Source: Chrysomallon squamiferum
Taxonomy: Eukaryota; Animalia; Mollusca
Assembly (NCBI GenBank): GCA_012295275.1
Contig: CM022673.1
Span: forward strand, 8,184,001 to 8,248,000
DNA: 64,000 bases
Reading direction: 5' to 3'
Below the pieces are notes generated by a model. That model worked only from the letters and a program-made list of their open reading frames with translations. It had not been told where the DNA came from and searched no databases. Within the stretch, counting starts at the first letter, position 1. Each line of letters opens with the position of its first letter. This document shows, one piece after another, positions 28,799 to 44,224 of this stretch. The translations under genes were made by a program, and so were the position numbers.

Positions 28799-29394
28799 TT
28801 TCTTTAATTCTTTATTTCTTTAATTCTGTATTTCTTTATTCCTTTATTTCTTTATTTCTTTATTTCTTTATTTTTCTATATATATTTTTTTTCATTCATA
28901 GAATTATGACTACTTTTTTAAACTGACACCATGTCTTTTTTTTATCTCTCTCTCTCTAGCTTTTGACCACCAACAGAGGATATTCTTAAACAGTGTTTGG
29001 TTATTGTTAATTGGAAAAATCGTTAACATAAAAAAAAAAAAAAACGTCTTGTCATAACAAACCTTCAGTCTGTTTTGAGAATAATCAATTCGGTGTTAAC
29101 TGTCAAAGGTATCGTATCTGACACGCAAATTATAGTCTAAACATGTTTGCTTTAAATGAGCACAGTTTTTCTCTGTCCACCGCACAATACCTCTTTGTTA
29201 CCGTTTTATTGCTACTACGACAAAACAACAACAACAAAAAATTCTCGATAATAGACGAACCCACACACATATATATTATATACATATACAAACATTTAAA
29301 TTGTGTCAATCTCCTCTTTTTTTTTTGTATTCGTTTTATTTCTCACTTTTAACCAGCTTTTATTGCGCTTAAACGAACAATAATTTTAACACCT

Positions 29395-29530
29395 TTATGG
29401 CAGGTCTTGTGAATGTACAGGTAAATTAGCAGCCACGGTGGCAAATCTATTTGTGAGGTAAAAACTCATTCTCACGGGCAGGTGGCGGTGCTAATCGACA
29501 GGTGAACTCACCTGGTAATTCGCTTCACAA
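29395..29530. promoter_or_regulatory. Candidate Su(H) + proneural E-box enhancer
   Basis: TTCTCACG (29469-29476) immediately followed by GCAGGTG, then ACAGGTG and CACCTG, all within ~45 bp. Confidence 0.4.
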
Positions 29531-29957
29531 ACAGATCGGTGTGCAAACTATAGCAGTGCTATTTTCTGCTGTCACTTCTGTAACAATACCTCGGACGTAA
29601 CGTACTCTCTCTCACTTTTCACGTAATTCTAGAGATGTTGGTAGATTTACATAAGTGACATTTTACCAGTGTTTTCAGGTTTCCAGCACGAAGACGTTTC
29701 TTGTAAACTCTGCATAACCTCCGTAATTAGATGTCACAGTTGTTTTTTTTCTGAATCACGGTTCATCCATTCCTTACCTAACTCTAAATATAATGTGTTG
29801 TTATATCGGTTTACGTAATGAGTGCTTATTATGTTATTGTATACGTTAGCAAAACTCCTCCGTTATCTCTTTGTCTATGAAAAGGTGTTTATTAAATATT
29901 GTATATGTATATGCATGTGTGTCCGTTTGCATGTATGTATTTACGATGTGCGTGTTT

Positions 29958-29998
<41 letters not shown>

Positions 29999-30200
29999 GG
30001 GTGTGTGTATGTATAATGTGTATGTATAATATATATGTATATATTATATGCAAAACTAAATGAAGTGTCTATATAAATGTTTATATGTATTTATATATCA
30101 CACAGTCAACACGTATGATGATGTTTGGTGAAGACATGACATATGAAACAATAGTTAATTATTTCTCATATTATACGATACTATAATATGTCACATAAAG

Positions 30201-30341
30201 AATATAATATAATATAATATAATATAATATAATATGATATGATATGATATAATATAATATAATATAATATAATATAATATAATATAATATAATATAATAT
30301 AATATAATATAATATAATATAATATAATATAATATAATATA
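30201..30341. repeat. (AATAT)n pentanucleotide microsatellite
   Basis: Seen directly. Confidence 0.95.
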
Positions 30342-31941
30342 AAGATCGAATCTAGATGGTTTCGTTTGATATTTTGTGTTACCTAACAGAAATGCATTTA
30401 AGGCAAAATTTTATCAGTTTAATCATTAATGTCATCACAAGAGAATGTTATCAGTTGTCCATATAAATAATATCACAGTCTAATCTTCGGAATCTGATGT
30501 TTCGCCAAACATTATGTTATTGATCAAAGTACCTTCTTAGCCGTATCTTTTGCCATTTTCTAAACTGCCTTTGCATGCTGTTCTGAAAACAGGCAAAAGA
30601 TGCATAAAAATTAGATTACTTTTCGTACATTATTTGATAATGTTGTATCCTTTATTTATTTCTAAATCATGCAATTGTTATGTCGTTAGAGATATGTACT
30701 TTGTTCATCTTTATCATCGTTATCATTGTTACATTAAAATTATCTACATATTGAACATTAATTTTAACAACAATACTTTAACATTTTAACTCTCCTGTCT
30801 AACTGAAACCCTAGTTCGTATCAAAATACTACTGATGATGATGATGATGATGATACTGATAATGAAGATGATAATCAAAGTAGCAGTGATAACTTGCGTC
30901 GTTATTTTGTTGTCAACGTCGTTTAATCATTAGATATTTTTTTTTCAAAATAAATAATATATTATAATTATTCAGTCAATTAAAAACTTCAATATTCTTC
31001 CACGACTGAATATAACATAATAAACTGTGTTTAGAATAAGACAAAGAACTATATTTTAAATCTTATATTGCACAATCAGAACAGTTTAATGTCCGTGTCA
31101 TTACTATTTGATTTATGCTGCACGGTTTACTTAAACCATCTTTTAGAAAACCAGGGATACCTGTGGAAAGTTAACATATGTTCTTCTTCCCAAACACTGG
31201 CTTTTGTCGACCAAAAAAAAAAAAAAAAAATCTTTATTCTTTATAATTAGCTACTGGAACGGTTCAGTGGTCATTCATAGATGCACATCGAAACAATTCT
31301 TGTTCAGTGTATTTCGATAATTTAGCATGCACGTGACTGTTGAGTTTGTCTAAAGCCGCAGTAGGAACTACGTCTTTGTACGGTGGAGTTTTACTATAAA
31401 TAGATCAGTGGTTTCAGCGTTGTCCATTTGGCGGTTTAGAAAACGAAAATAAATAAAACAAAACATAAAAATGTAGCCGATTTAAAATCTGTAATCTTTA
31501 TTTTCATTATAATATTAAAACTTTCTTGGTTATGATGTCAAAACTATTTTTTTTTTACAATTTCTGGCTTTTTCTCTTTTCCCCTCTGGTTGTGAGTAGA
31601 TCTCTGTTGAGGTGTTATGTGGTTCGTAGGATCAAATCTCCTCAGGTCGTTCGTTGCACAGTTTTCCGTCTTAACCAGTACTTAACGTGTTGTTTTATCA
31701 AAGGTCGTGATGTATGCTTTTACTGGCTGTGAGAAGGTTTACATGAAAACTTACTTTTTGCTAACTGAAAAATAATCATCAATTGCTTGGCAGCGTTGAG
31801 TTTATCATTTACTGTTTCAATGGTCCTTATTATAAACATGTGGAATCGCTGATTAAAGAAATTTAGAATAATAAAATTATCATTTGTTACACTTTTTTTT
31901 CTTCTTCTTCTTTTCTTATTATTATTACTATTATTATCATT

Positions 31942-31994
<53 letters not shown>

Positions 31995-32006
31995 TATTAT
32001 TATTAC

Positions 32007-32055
<49 letters not shown>

Positions 32056-33249
32056 AAATCAATGTTCCTCATATCAAATTCCTCGTATACGTTTTAAGAA
32101 GAATGCAACTGAAACTATATCACTGGAGTAAATGCAAAAATTTTAAATCAAAATAACAACAACAAAAAGCAAAGCCGTATGTACACCCTTTGCAAACAGT
32201 TTTAGTACGAATTAAACGGTCCGTAAATTTTTATACACGTGTCTGTTAAAGGTATTTTGTTGTTCTCTCAACAAAACAATTACAAAGTAATAACAATAAA
32301 AGAAAATAATATTTGGCTATAGAGATATCGATTGAAATGAAGAAGCCATTTAAATTTCCAAACTTAATAATCTGATCATCGTTAAAGGGACAATAAAATC
32401 TTTTATTCGTCACAAAAATGAATATCAGATGTTATGTATGTTTATGGCGTCACGTGCCAGTGATATATAATATTATTTTTTATAAACGTGTATGACACCA
32501 TGGGTTATTTTATAGAATAATAGCTGATATTAAAGAAATAAAATGATAAAAGAAAACCAAGAAAATGTTCTTTTTAAATGACGGCTAAATGACAGCCCAG
32601 CTTTTCTTTATGCCTCTATTTACTGTATCACTTAATTATACTAATAATTATCTTTATTTTTTTTTTTGGTCTTAATCTACTGAGAAAAACCTCAGCAAAA
32701 AACTATCTTTAAAAATAATAAACAAAACAAAATGTTTTAATTATTTAATATTAATAACAATTTCACTGTTAGCAATAACAAAGAATACAATTACAGCGGT
32801 AGTACTACGTAAAATATAATACTGAATTAGTAACTGCTGTAGCAACAGAAGTAGTATTGGTAACTTCAGTAGTAGTAGTAGTAGTAATGACAGTTGTATT
32901 AACAGTTACCCCATTAGCTGTAATAACAATAGGCACTAGTAATACTAGTAGGAGTAGTAGTATTAGTGGAGATGGTGAGTGGTTTGTGGTAGTGTTAGTA
33001 ACAGTAGTAGTAGCAATAATAATAATAATAATAACAACAGTAGCAGCAGCAGCACAAACACTAATAGTAATAGTAGTTGCATCATTAGTATGCAGAATTG
33101 TTGTAATACAAGGTGATGCTATAACAAGAGTTTCTAATAAAAAAGTAAACAGAAACTTTAAATTTGAAGGAGAAATTAGAAAACTTTGTTGTTGTTGTTT
33201 GCTGGGGTTTTTAATGTGTTTTTTTGTGTGTGTTTTTTTTTTTCGCCGC

Positions 33250-34110
33250 ACTTACAACACCTTTCCACTTTCACACGGTAACGCACACGTCACCCAGTTT
33301 CTCTCATCTTTGTTTCTCGAGAGGGTTCTGAACTTATTGATTTGCAGAACACTTCACAGAGATTAATTTCCTTCAAACAACAGTCTGGTTATCCCAGTAT
33401 GAAAATCGCTTTTTTGTCTTTCAAAAGAGCTCGTTCTTGTTCCGAGGACTGCGGGGAAAATGTGTACGGTGAGAAAAATGCGTGCGACATCGTTGTCCGA
33501 ACTCAGGTACGTATCGATTACCCCGTTGTACCGTGGTAGACGACGGCGGCATGACGGTTACGTTTTCACACACACACAAAAAAAAAAAATTAAATAAATA
33601 AAATACACGATATGTTACGAGAATTAGTTTTTTGATCGATCTTAGGTGACGGGAACCATGCGGCAGACGTTTTGGAATAAGGGAAAAAATACCGTGGGAA
33701 CGGATTTAATATATTTTTAAAAAAAAAAAGAAAAAAAAAAAAAAAAGCTCATGCTCTTGATTTTTAAAAAAAAAAAAAAAAAGAAATTGTACCGATAGGG
33801 TGGGAAAAAAATTTGAGAAAAGACAAAAAAAAAAAAAAATGGTAAAAAAGTTCTTTTTCATACACAGGCTGCTGCTGCTGCCTCTTAAAAAGAATTTACT
33901 CTGCAGAAGTCATTATTTACGTGTTCAAAGGTCGGAAACCGACTGTTCGGCTGTTCTCGTCACGCTATGCACACTGCACGGCTTGTGCAGCGCGTGAGCG
34001 CGCGCGTCAGGTGGGTGCCCCTATTGAGGGTGGACGAGCACCCGTGACGTCGATCTTGGCCACACCTCGAGTCCTTCACGCGCAACAGAAATGATAGCTG
34101 TCGGCGTGTG
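33250..34110 (-). promoter_or_regulatory. Candidate promoter/5' exon region or enhancer of HLH-A
   Basis: CpG-richer island with CGTGGGAA (33693-33700), GGTGGGAA (33799-33806), CAGGTG, TGACGTC and CACGCG motifs; minus-strand GTAAGT donor at 33255-33250. Confidence 0.3.
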
Positions 34111-34708
34111 AAAAGAATGAAAAGGTCACACACAATATCAAAAAAAAAATGAAGGTTACATTGTTTACTGAAATGCGGTTAGTTCTGTACCTATAAAATT
34201 ACAATACGCCAGCCGATGTTTTCATTCAATAAGCCACCCTTTTTCCCTCTCTCTCTTCGTCCTCGAAACATATGTTCACGTTAATGTTAATATTATTAAC
34301 TGTTTTTAATTTAATATCAAATAAAAGCGTGAAAACCGCATTGTATCCACAAGAAGTTGATACTAATGATTATACAACAATGAAAAAAAAAAAAAAAAAA
34401 ATAAAAATAAAAAAAATAAAAATTATAATAGAAAAAAAAGGAAGAAAGAAATCGTAAAATAATAAAATTAAACTTATTTAATAAAAATAAATAATAATAA
34501 AATAATAATTATTATATATGACACTAATTACATTAAAAATAGCCATAAAAATTCTGAATTGAAAAGTTACTTATTATTATTGTTGTTGTTGTTGTTATTA
34601 TAGAAAAAACTAATTCTGAACACATACATCTGTAGAAAATGTTACAAATAATTTTCTAGTACATTATAGATTCAGTATAGTAGTAGTAGTAGTAGTAGTA
34701 GTGTTAAC

Positions 34709-34760
<52 letters not shown>

Positions 34761-35815
34761 CTATCACATTGCAGAATCTAATATTAAGAGTCGAGAATTC
34801 CATCTGTCCATGCATCCATCGGTCAACAGGTCTGTCCGTTAATAAGCATGCATGTTTGGTCTGTCTTTATCTGTGTCGGTCTATCTAGTTATCCAAGGAA
34901 ACGTAAGTTATTCACATTAATGTTTAAAATATACATTCACCATCAACAAACCATCACATCTGCCACACCGGAGATAAAAGAGATAAACAAATTAAGGATG
35001 TGACGTTGCTGCTAATACGTCTAATCTCCTGACAGAGAAGTAAAGCAAGTTACATCAAAAAGAAAGAAAAAGGAGAAGAAAAAAAAAAAAAAAAAAAAAA
35101 CCTAAGAAGAAAAAAAAACAAACGCCGCCGCCATTACAATTGTGACGTAATCCGCGGCAAGAAGAAAGTGTATTTTTGTTTACAGTCTACGCGTTATTGT
35201 TGCGGCTAATCGGTGGAAACAAATGAATGTCCCGAATCGTCATGATTGGAAATTATCAAGTTCACACAAACAGAAATAAATCTGTAATTGAGTTCTGAAT
35301 GGGATTAGCCCGGACGGTTGACCACAGTGTCGGACCATCTGTCCCGCGCGCACATTACCGTGATTACGTCTAAGCGTACTTACAAAAGGGTAACAGTGTA
35401 TCATCAGCGGAACATCAAACGAGTCACGGTTAATTCGACAAAAAAGAGTACAAAAAAGGCATGTTTACCCAATTAAAACAGACTGGTTTTCGGTTTCTTT
35501 GCTTCTTTCCATACCCTATACCACCACTAACAAAATGTATGGGGGGGGGGGGATTTTTTTTTTTTTTCCTATAAATGATGCTTCCAAACAATAAAGATTA
35601 GTTACCAATGCCGTTATCGGTTTTCTGATTTCAAGGTTGCTGGTATCTGGGTTCGGAACCTGGTTCCGGGCTCTAAACTGTCGGACATTGTTGAAAAATT
35701 TACACAATGGGTAATATTTCACAGAAACTTGCTTATCTGATTGTGATTCTCATTTTATGCCCAGAAAACGTGTTCCAATTAATTTGTCTGAAAAAAGATC
35801 GCATTTCTTTGTAGC

Positions 35816-35900
35816 AGTAATCACACACTGGTGTAGTTAGTAATCACACACTGATGTAGTTAGTAATCACGCACTGATGTAGTTAGTAATCACACACTGA
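35816..35900. repeat. 23-bp minisatellite (~3.6 copies; agtaatcacacactgatgtagtt)
   Basis: Direct tandem copies. Confidence 0.9.
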
Positions 35901-37809
35901 AATAAAAGCGGAAGAATGGAACGTTTTGTTCATAATAAAATCGTCACGCAATAATGTATAACTGAGAAAATACACAAAGAAAAACTCTTGCCAAAAGACA
36001 GTAACTAAATAAAAAAAAAAAAAAAAAATTAATCAAGGATTGAAACATTAACTTGCTTTAAATGTTAAAAACTACAACTTTAAGCGATCATATTGCTGCA
36101 TATTTCTGAAAAAAAAAACAACAACAAAAAGAAAACCCACAACATTTTTTAAAGAAAATGTGTAGTCTTGGATCTATTTGTTACTTTCCGAACCCCGCTT
36201 CTCAAAACATTTTGGATATTAAGAGGAGTGAAAGCTATGTTTATGTGTAATGATTATTTAAAAACAAAAAAAATTAAGATATATATATTTAACTGGTTTT
36301 GACATTCCTCGTTTCACCATTGTTAGCGGAATTCTGAAATCGTGAATCACAAAGTTTGACGATTTTGCGTGTGTGTGTGTGTGTCTCTGTGCGTGTGTCT
36401 CTGTGTGTGTGTGTGTCTGTGTGTCTGTGTCTGTGTTTGTTTGTGTGTGTGGTTCACTGATCACATTATTCACTAATTATTATTTGCAATAGACATCAAG
36501 AGTTTGGCAGAATGCAAAAAAAAAAACAAGAAGAGAATAATAATTATAAAACGAGACTTACGATGCAGATTTCAGTGATACAAGATAATAATCAAGCGCA
36601 TTAAACATGTTTAAAATACTTCAGAGGCTTGGTGCTATAATTATGAGTTTTCAATACAGCCACAGCTATTGTTCATGTCTCGCGTGCGGACAAGTGGGTG
36701 AAATGCGCGTGCCGCACGTGTCATGTGTCGCGTGGCATGTGACCCTCATTAACTACAGGATCAGTATCCACATAAAACCCACATCAGTGGTCAGCTGGGT
36801 CGTATTTATGTTTAATTTGACTAGAAATTTCTGATATAAAATTAAAAAAATAATAATAATACCACCTATAGGAAAATAAAATGAAAACAACAGTCAGAAA
36901 GAATGGGGAAAAAAAAAAATAATAAAATAAAAATAAAAAAAATAACGAAAAAAGTTACAAAACAAAATAATAATAAAAATCAATAACACCCAAAATAACC
37001 CATCAACACCTATTTTTAATATAAAATATTTTGTGTCTTCTTTATTAAATACGGATTTTATGAGCAATTACAAATATAGGTTATGAAATGCACGCCCATA
37101 CACAAATTCTGTTACACATAAAACCAAGAACATATCATTATATACATAACTCATACCTACCTACATACCTCACCCACCTTCTTATCTTCTTAACGATATG
37201 CAGAAATTATACATGTGTACATATATATATATAAATACGTGCATTCATGCATATAAGCATATATGTAAAGAAATGCATACATACGTATATGCAACCAGAC
37301 CTAAATGTATATATATACATGCACATATTTACAGATATACTATACACACACACATGCACATATACATAGATACAGAGGCACACACGCACATACATGCATA
37401 CATGAATACATTACAACACGAACATTAGAAAACAACATAAGACAACAAATCAATACAAAAACACAACACAACAGAATACAGTACGGTTCAAACTAACAAC
37501 AGATGAACATAGGTGATGGAAGGCACAGAGTTTCAGATTAAATAAATATTTCAGTTAGATCTTTTGTACATTCTGTGTTATTGTTTACGGACAAAGGAAG
37601 CATAATCATATATCTCCACCAACAATAGATCGCTGTGAAATAATAAATTTTGTAAGCAGTACAAATATATGTATTACAAATAGATTTTATATATATATAT
37701 ATATATATATATGAATATTAAGATGAATGTAATTTAAAACATTTTAATTCACCTATTTATTTAATTAGTATTATTGTTTGTTTGTTTGTTTATTCGTATT
37801 TATTTTTTT

Positions 37810-37953
37810 TTATTTTTATTTTATTTTATTTTATTTTATTTTATTTTATTTTATTTTATTTCATTTTATTTTATTTTATTTTATTTTATTTTATTTTATT
37901 TTATTTTATTTTATTTCATTTCATTTCATTTCAATTCATTTTATTTTATTTTA
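37810..37953. repeat. (TTTTA)n pentanucleotide microsatellite
   Basis: Seen directly; source of the FILFY ORFs in all three frames. Confidence 0.95.
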
Positions 37954-39501
37954 TATGTTTATAACTGTTTTTATTATATTTTTTTTTTTCTCTCTGTCTC
38001 TGTTGTAACAAGAAAATAATACAAAAATCGATATTTGATTAAGCAATATTTCTGTTACCGGTGGCTTCTTTAGTTTCCTACATCGTTTTCATTTTATTAT
38101 TTTGTTCTGATAGACTTTTTTTTTTTTTTTTTTTTTTTTATTTATTGTAAAAAGAATATAATAAATAAATAGACAAATAAATATTCCCATTCCCGGTGAC
38201 TTGCCTAATTTCATACTAATTTCCTTTCGTTACATTATCTGTTCTGTTTTTTTTCAAAATAAATAATTTGTACATGTATCCGTAATCCATTACCTTACCT
38301 TTTTCCCTAAACAGCAAAGGTTCTGAGAATCCGCAGAAAACAAACAAACAAATAAATAAATAAATAGAGCAAATAAAAAAAAACTTATTATAAAAGAAGA
38401 AGAAAAAAAGGAAGATAAGCTAAACAAAAGAAAACCTACAACACTCATTTTTTTGTTTTCTGATGATGAAACCAGTATTGGTTTTCCCCTTCATTGGTTA
38501 CAAAATATATAACACCCGTAAGAACTTGTTAATTTTTTAATAATCTTTTTCCTGATTATATAACTGATAATATATAACTGAATATGACAGTACGTAAGGG
38601 TGTGATAGCCAAGAGATTAAATTAGATATTTTAAAATGACTGAATTCTGTGTTTGCTTGTTTTTTTTAATAATAAACGTTGATATTTACTGAAGCGCGGG
38701 TCAGGATTTCGTACTCGAATACCTACAGCCTTGAATCACGCTGGTAGTTATTTGTCATTATTAGAGTCTTCTGTGCTTCTTTCATTTATGAGCAGTGGTT
38801 AATTTGATGTTGCTGTTCTTATCTTATTGTTGTTTTACTCTCTTTCTTTAAAAAAAAAAATAAATAAATAAAAATTATTATTATTTTTGTTATTATTTTA
38901 TTTATTGTAATAATAATAATAATAAACGCTGTTGTTGTTGTTATCGTTGCTATACATATTTTCAATTTAAAAAAAAAAAGGTCAGATATACAGTTTGCAT
39001 ATAATCCCCCAAAACCCCATCCAAAACCCCCAACTAATAAGACCTCAAAAAAAAAAAAAAAAAAAAAAAATTCTCTGACACAAATGTTACAAATATATTA
39101 ATATTTATAAATAATTAAGTTGTTAAACTGTCTATTAATCAGTGAGTTATAATATATAAATATATATCTATAGTTATCCAAAGTCAGATACAGGCAGACA
39201 ATCATGTCTTTAATACATACACACGACACACGCGCACACGCGCACGCACAAACATGTACGCAGTAAGCTGTTGGGTTTTTAAATATATAAATATATATAT
39301 GAACACAATCGCTTAAATATGTCTTATTCTTATCACGCGATTACAGATCGGAAACATGTACAAACCTGTTACAACGCACTTAATCTAACTTTGACACATA
39401 TACGTATAATATGTTATCAAACACGTTATAAACGTGATTTCTTTGAAATCCTCTAGACTGGGACACAGAATTTTAAAAATCATGTGTATAAAAATGATTG
39501 A

Positions 39502-39559
<58 letters not shown>

Positions 39560-40059
39560 TAAAAAAGGAAAATAATAACAACAACAAAAAATAAATAAAT
39601 AAATAAATAAATAAATAAAATAAAAATTTTTCTGGTTTTGTTTATGCTCTGCTTGCCTTCCTCAATGGTTTCCTGTCTATTCCGATGCATGCATGTTTAT
39701 GCGTGTGTATCAATGTGTGTGTATGCAAATATATGTATGCATACATTTACACAGTGTACGTTTGTATTTGTGTACGTATGCATGTATAACTGAAATTAAA
39801 AGTATAACAAAACGTTTGTTCGTGTCAAATGATGTAGTTCAAAATTACGGTTTCGTGTTTCTGTGTAGTTGTTGTACACTTATATAAACAAATGCTAACA
39901 GATGTTGTCAAAGCAGATATAAAAAAAAAAAAAAAAAACAACCACGAAGCTAAATCGTGGTTTAATCGTTTTCAGTGCTAACGTCATTCAAGATGTTACG
40001 TTAACAACATGTTAACTTTTTACACGTTTTCGACATCGACAAGATGTTTTCGCCTAAAT

Positions 40060-40676
40060 TATTAAAAACAAAGCGGTCGGTTCCTGCGTGAAACAACTAC
40101 TCTGCCGGTGCAAAGGAGCCATCTTGCGAGTTCAGCGGTGCCCGCGTTCGAAAATGGCGACAGTTGTTTAGTGTATGGGGTAACCCAGCAGCGGCGAGCT
40201 CCAGTGACAAAAGTCTTACGTTTTTTTTTTTTTAATACCTTAAATTAACACCAGCTCGGCTGGCAACAAACGAGTTCCCACGCTACGGTGTCACCCAATG
40301 CGCACCTGACAGGCCTCTTCGCTGTCGTAGTGTATTGATGCGCCATTGAGATTCTTTTATAGATAACTCAGTTTCACAATCTCGTAATATAACTTTAAAA
40401 AAAAATAAAAAAATCTATTAAGGAAAGCAAACCGTTACAATTCGACTGTATCCGTTGTATTAAAATTGTTTTATTATTTGTCCGCTGCAAATGCATGAGG
40501 TTTCATTAACGCACTATATAGCGTTCGCGGATGTGGACGATTGTGATTAGGCCGGCCGAAACATTTATATTACGGCAATGTCGAAAGAATTGTTTACTGC
40601 CGTCTGCCTGTCCGCAAAGACGACTCGAAGGAGTAAATATTTGCAGTAGCTGTTCTTGTCATTTGTTGCTAAGAAG
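40060..40676 (+). promoter_or_regulatory. Candidate promoter and 5' non-coding exon of HLH-B
   Basis: CpG-richer island with YY1-like AAAATGGCG (~40151), Su(H) site TTCCCACG (40275-40282), E-box CACCTG (~40303), TATATAG (~40515) and donor AAG|gtcagt at 40677. The ATG exon at 44225 begins at an acceptor, so some upstream exon is expected. Confidence 0.4.
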
Positions 40677-42103
40677 GTCAGTACATATCTGTGTTGCATT
40701 TTGTGAAAACTTGATTTCTTCGATGATTGTTGCTATAGCAACATATTGCTTTTGACTGGTGTTATATCATTGACTTGCATAATTATTATAAATGCACTAT
40801 TTTCTGCTTCTTGCTTATTTCCGGGTTTACGCTACACTGCTTTGTTTACAATACGAGTTACACTCGAATACCATATGGTGATTATATTAGTTATCATATC
40901 ATACGGAATAAATAAAAACAGGTTGATACATTGTTAAGTGGAATATATTTTATATATAAACTTTATAAAATTATCGTGAATTTGTTTGTCATATGTACTT
41001 ATGTATTTTCATGTATAACGTCATTTTCAGTAATAATTGTTTTAACTGATAAATTGTTTAAAATGAATTTACAAAGATGAGTTTGTTTTTTTCTGCATGA
41101 AAGATTATTTTTATTGTCTCCGAGCTGTAATATTCTGGTTCTGATACTTTACGTACATTTCTCAGATGTGTTGTACGAAGTAGCTTCAACATATGGTATT
41201 TATAACTGAACAGTTACTAGCCAAACAAAGTACACACGGTTACATCTTTTAATAACTGGGTTTTAAAACAGACGTTTGTAGCATTTCTAGACTTTAATAA
41301 ACATCTGTTTTCGCCGTTGACAACTGCCATATGTTGAGAGTGGTTGCCAGTGAGTCATACATTTTCCCGCGCAGATATTCGAGTCGCCAGTCATGTGATG
41401 TGATGTCCGCACTAACACGAGTGTGCGTTCCTGCATCGATATCGATACTAAATAATAATCAAAAAACGAGTCAAGTTTTCTTAGCTGTCGCTGCGTTATC
41501 TTTATATATATATATCCCAGCTAAATTGCGTAAGGGGTCAACCTTTGCTTACTTTGTTTACCATTTGAAATGCTAACATATGGTTCATATAGTTATCAGG
41601 TGATGTACATCTGGACATGTATTAATTATCATTAATGGGCTGAATCATATTCGTTATGTATTGACTGGCTGTGAAATAAAAGTTATACTTGTCTGGTCGC
41701 TTTGGCAAACAGAAAGTCCATTATTTGTAAACAGCACAGTATACGCCCTACTTTGTATGACAGTGACCATATGGTACGGTTGATTCGCCAAGCAGACGAC
41801 ACGGTGATGTTTTCGCGCTCAAATATCTTCACAGCAGATACAGTCTTCGGCTAACTGTCTTCGTGTATTGATTCAGCCCAAGACATAATATTGTTGCGTC
41901 GTTTTTACAGGTTTGCAGTAGACTAAAGTATACCATATGTTTGTGTTAAAAATTGATTGTTTTGTTGAAAAATATATATTTGACAGAATTTTGGAAGTTT
42001 TTAGGAGCATTATAAGTGATATACGGGTTTATTAATGTATCTTCTTTTATTAATTAAATATTATGTAGTGTTAAGTCACATAATAATAATTTGTTTCAAA
42101 TGA

Positions 42104-42181
<78 letters not shown>

Positions 42182-42837
42182 GCTAAAACTACACTGGTTT
42201 CTGATTAATTCAGTAACTTTAAAATTGGTGAAACCGAAAACGATGTCCGATTAATATCAAGTTTGCCTCCAGAAGTATTTTCAATTTAAACAGAACATTT
42301 AGCTTTTTATTTCACTTCGTAAAACTCTAGTAATATTATTTATATCGAATAATCTATCCAAGAAATATATTTCTTAATTTAAAAATAAGATAAAAAAAAA
42401 CCCAACAACAACAAGAAAAAAATCCGAAAAAGAAAAACCACTAAAAACCCCCACAATTTAAACAGGCATTAGTTAAAAAAAAACAAATGATGTACAGATA
42501 ATAATTTTCCCGCAAACAACAACAAAAAAAAAAAAAAAAAAAATTAAAACAAATAACCTTGTGATTTTGACATTTACCCAAATCGACGTCAACCATTTGA
42601 ATCACATATTTATCTAGGTAAATCTGGGGTCACTCCGTCGGCAGCTGCATTTGTTGGAACCCAGGTAGCCCACGGTGTTGATAAGACGTACAAATAAAAT
42701 GACATTACTTTGTACAATAGGGGCAGAGGCAGCTGCTCCGTGGACGTCGGTTGGTGTATCAGTATGGTCTTCCGGCTATCGGATCAATAAAGAACCTCAG
42801 AAACACATTTAAGATAATAATAATACTACTACTTCAG

Positions 42838-42877
<40 letters not shown>

Positions 42878-44224
42878 AAGGTGTCCTTTTGTTTTACACC
42901 ATAATGCGAACCCTAAGGCGTCCATTTGCATGTACAGTTATTTTTGTAAAAATTGGATATATTCGAGAGGGGAGTATACTTGCGTTAAGCAGACGATTGG
43001 ATGCTTGCAGACAACACATTCCTCGTCAGTGTTCGTCGAAGCGCGGTACAAATCGGAGTTATTTGTCAGGCCGACAAATAGGTGCCTAGCTCGTTATTTC
43101 GTGTCCTCAAGAGACTTTATCTCCCCCCCTCCCAACAACACCCGTCCATCACCATCTTTCACAATAGTCACTAAAGAACGAGAGATGTGTTGTTAAGCTC
43201 TGCAAGATGCTTGAAAAGATTTATTAGTAAACCGCTCAAGGGATTCACAACTACATAACGAACCGTCTGCAAAGGTGAACTTTGTGTGTTTGAGTCCTTT
43301 GGCTAGTTTACATGATAATTATATATACGTGTTTGAACCTTAACTTCACGATGTCTTAACCCACTGTAACCTTTTCCCCGAGTCTAGACAACGCTTTAAA
43401 CAGTTTTTGCAGAGTCTCGAAAGCAAAGATATTTTCTTTAAGAAACTTTACTTAATCCTCTATTATTTGAATCTAATTTGTAAGAAGAAAAAAAAAAATT
43501 GTAATGATGGGAAAAGGTTTATTAAAGACAAAATTTGGAACTATTTTTTTAACATAAACATCAACTGTCTATAGAGATTAGTCTTTGGATAAGCAGATTA
43601 ACTTCATTATGTCTGGGACTTAATAAATCAGATTACGTAACACCATTGGCGATACTTTAATTAGTCACAGGTCCTCTCCTTTCCTCTGGCATTAATTACA
43701 TCGGTCATTTTAATCCTCAATTTATCATCATACATTCAAATTGACCCGACTTGGAATATACACGTATCTTATCTATCTAGCAGAAGAATTACGTTTTACT
43801 AATAACGGTTCGATCCAGCGTTAACTAATGTCGTATAACAATCTAAACAGGTTTTTCTCAGCCAATCACAACGAAGCGTCCTAGCAGAGCTAAAGACATC
43901 GATTATTCAGTATTTATTTTTGTTTCGCTAGCCGTAATGAACCTATTCCTTGATGTGTAATAGGCAGCATCTTTATCATTTTTTGAAAGATAGCTAGCTG
44001 TGTTTGTTTAAAATCATTTTAATAACCTCAAAACCATACAGGAGTATTTGTTAGTAAAACGTAAGGAAAATTTAATATTTCTAGAAATAATAATAAAATG
44101 GATATATTCTAATTTTTTTTTTTTTTTTTTTTTTTTTTTGTTCTTCTTTGTTTATTGTTTAGCTGGGGTTTGTTGTTTTTGTTTTTTTCAATAAATTTAA
44201 TTTTGATATTTATTATTTCTTCAG

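Noticed and set aside
32805-33366. Overlapping 148-aa and 169-aa ORFs rich in T/V/I
   Set aside because: Derived from (TAG)/(AAT)/(CAG) trinucleotide low-complexity DNA; no splice or domain support.
23902-38730. Exact 14-nt inverted match GGCTGTAGGTATTC (23902-23915 vs 38717-38730)
   Set aside because: Several 14-mer matches are expected by chance in 64 kb, and the match does not extend.
38590-38750. Possible tRNA-derived SINE or tRNA remnant
   Set aside because: Only vague A/B-box resemblance; no cloverleaf can be folded.
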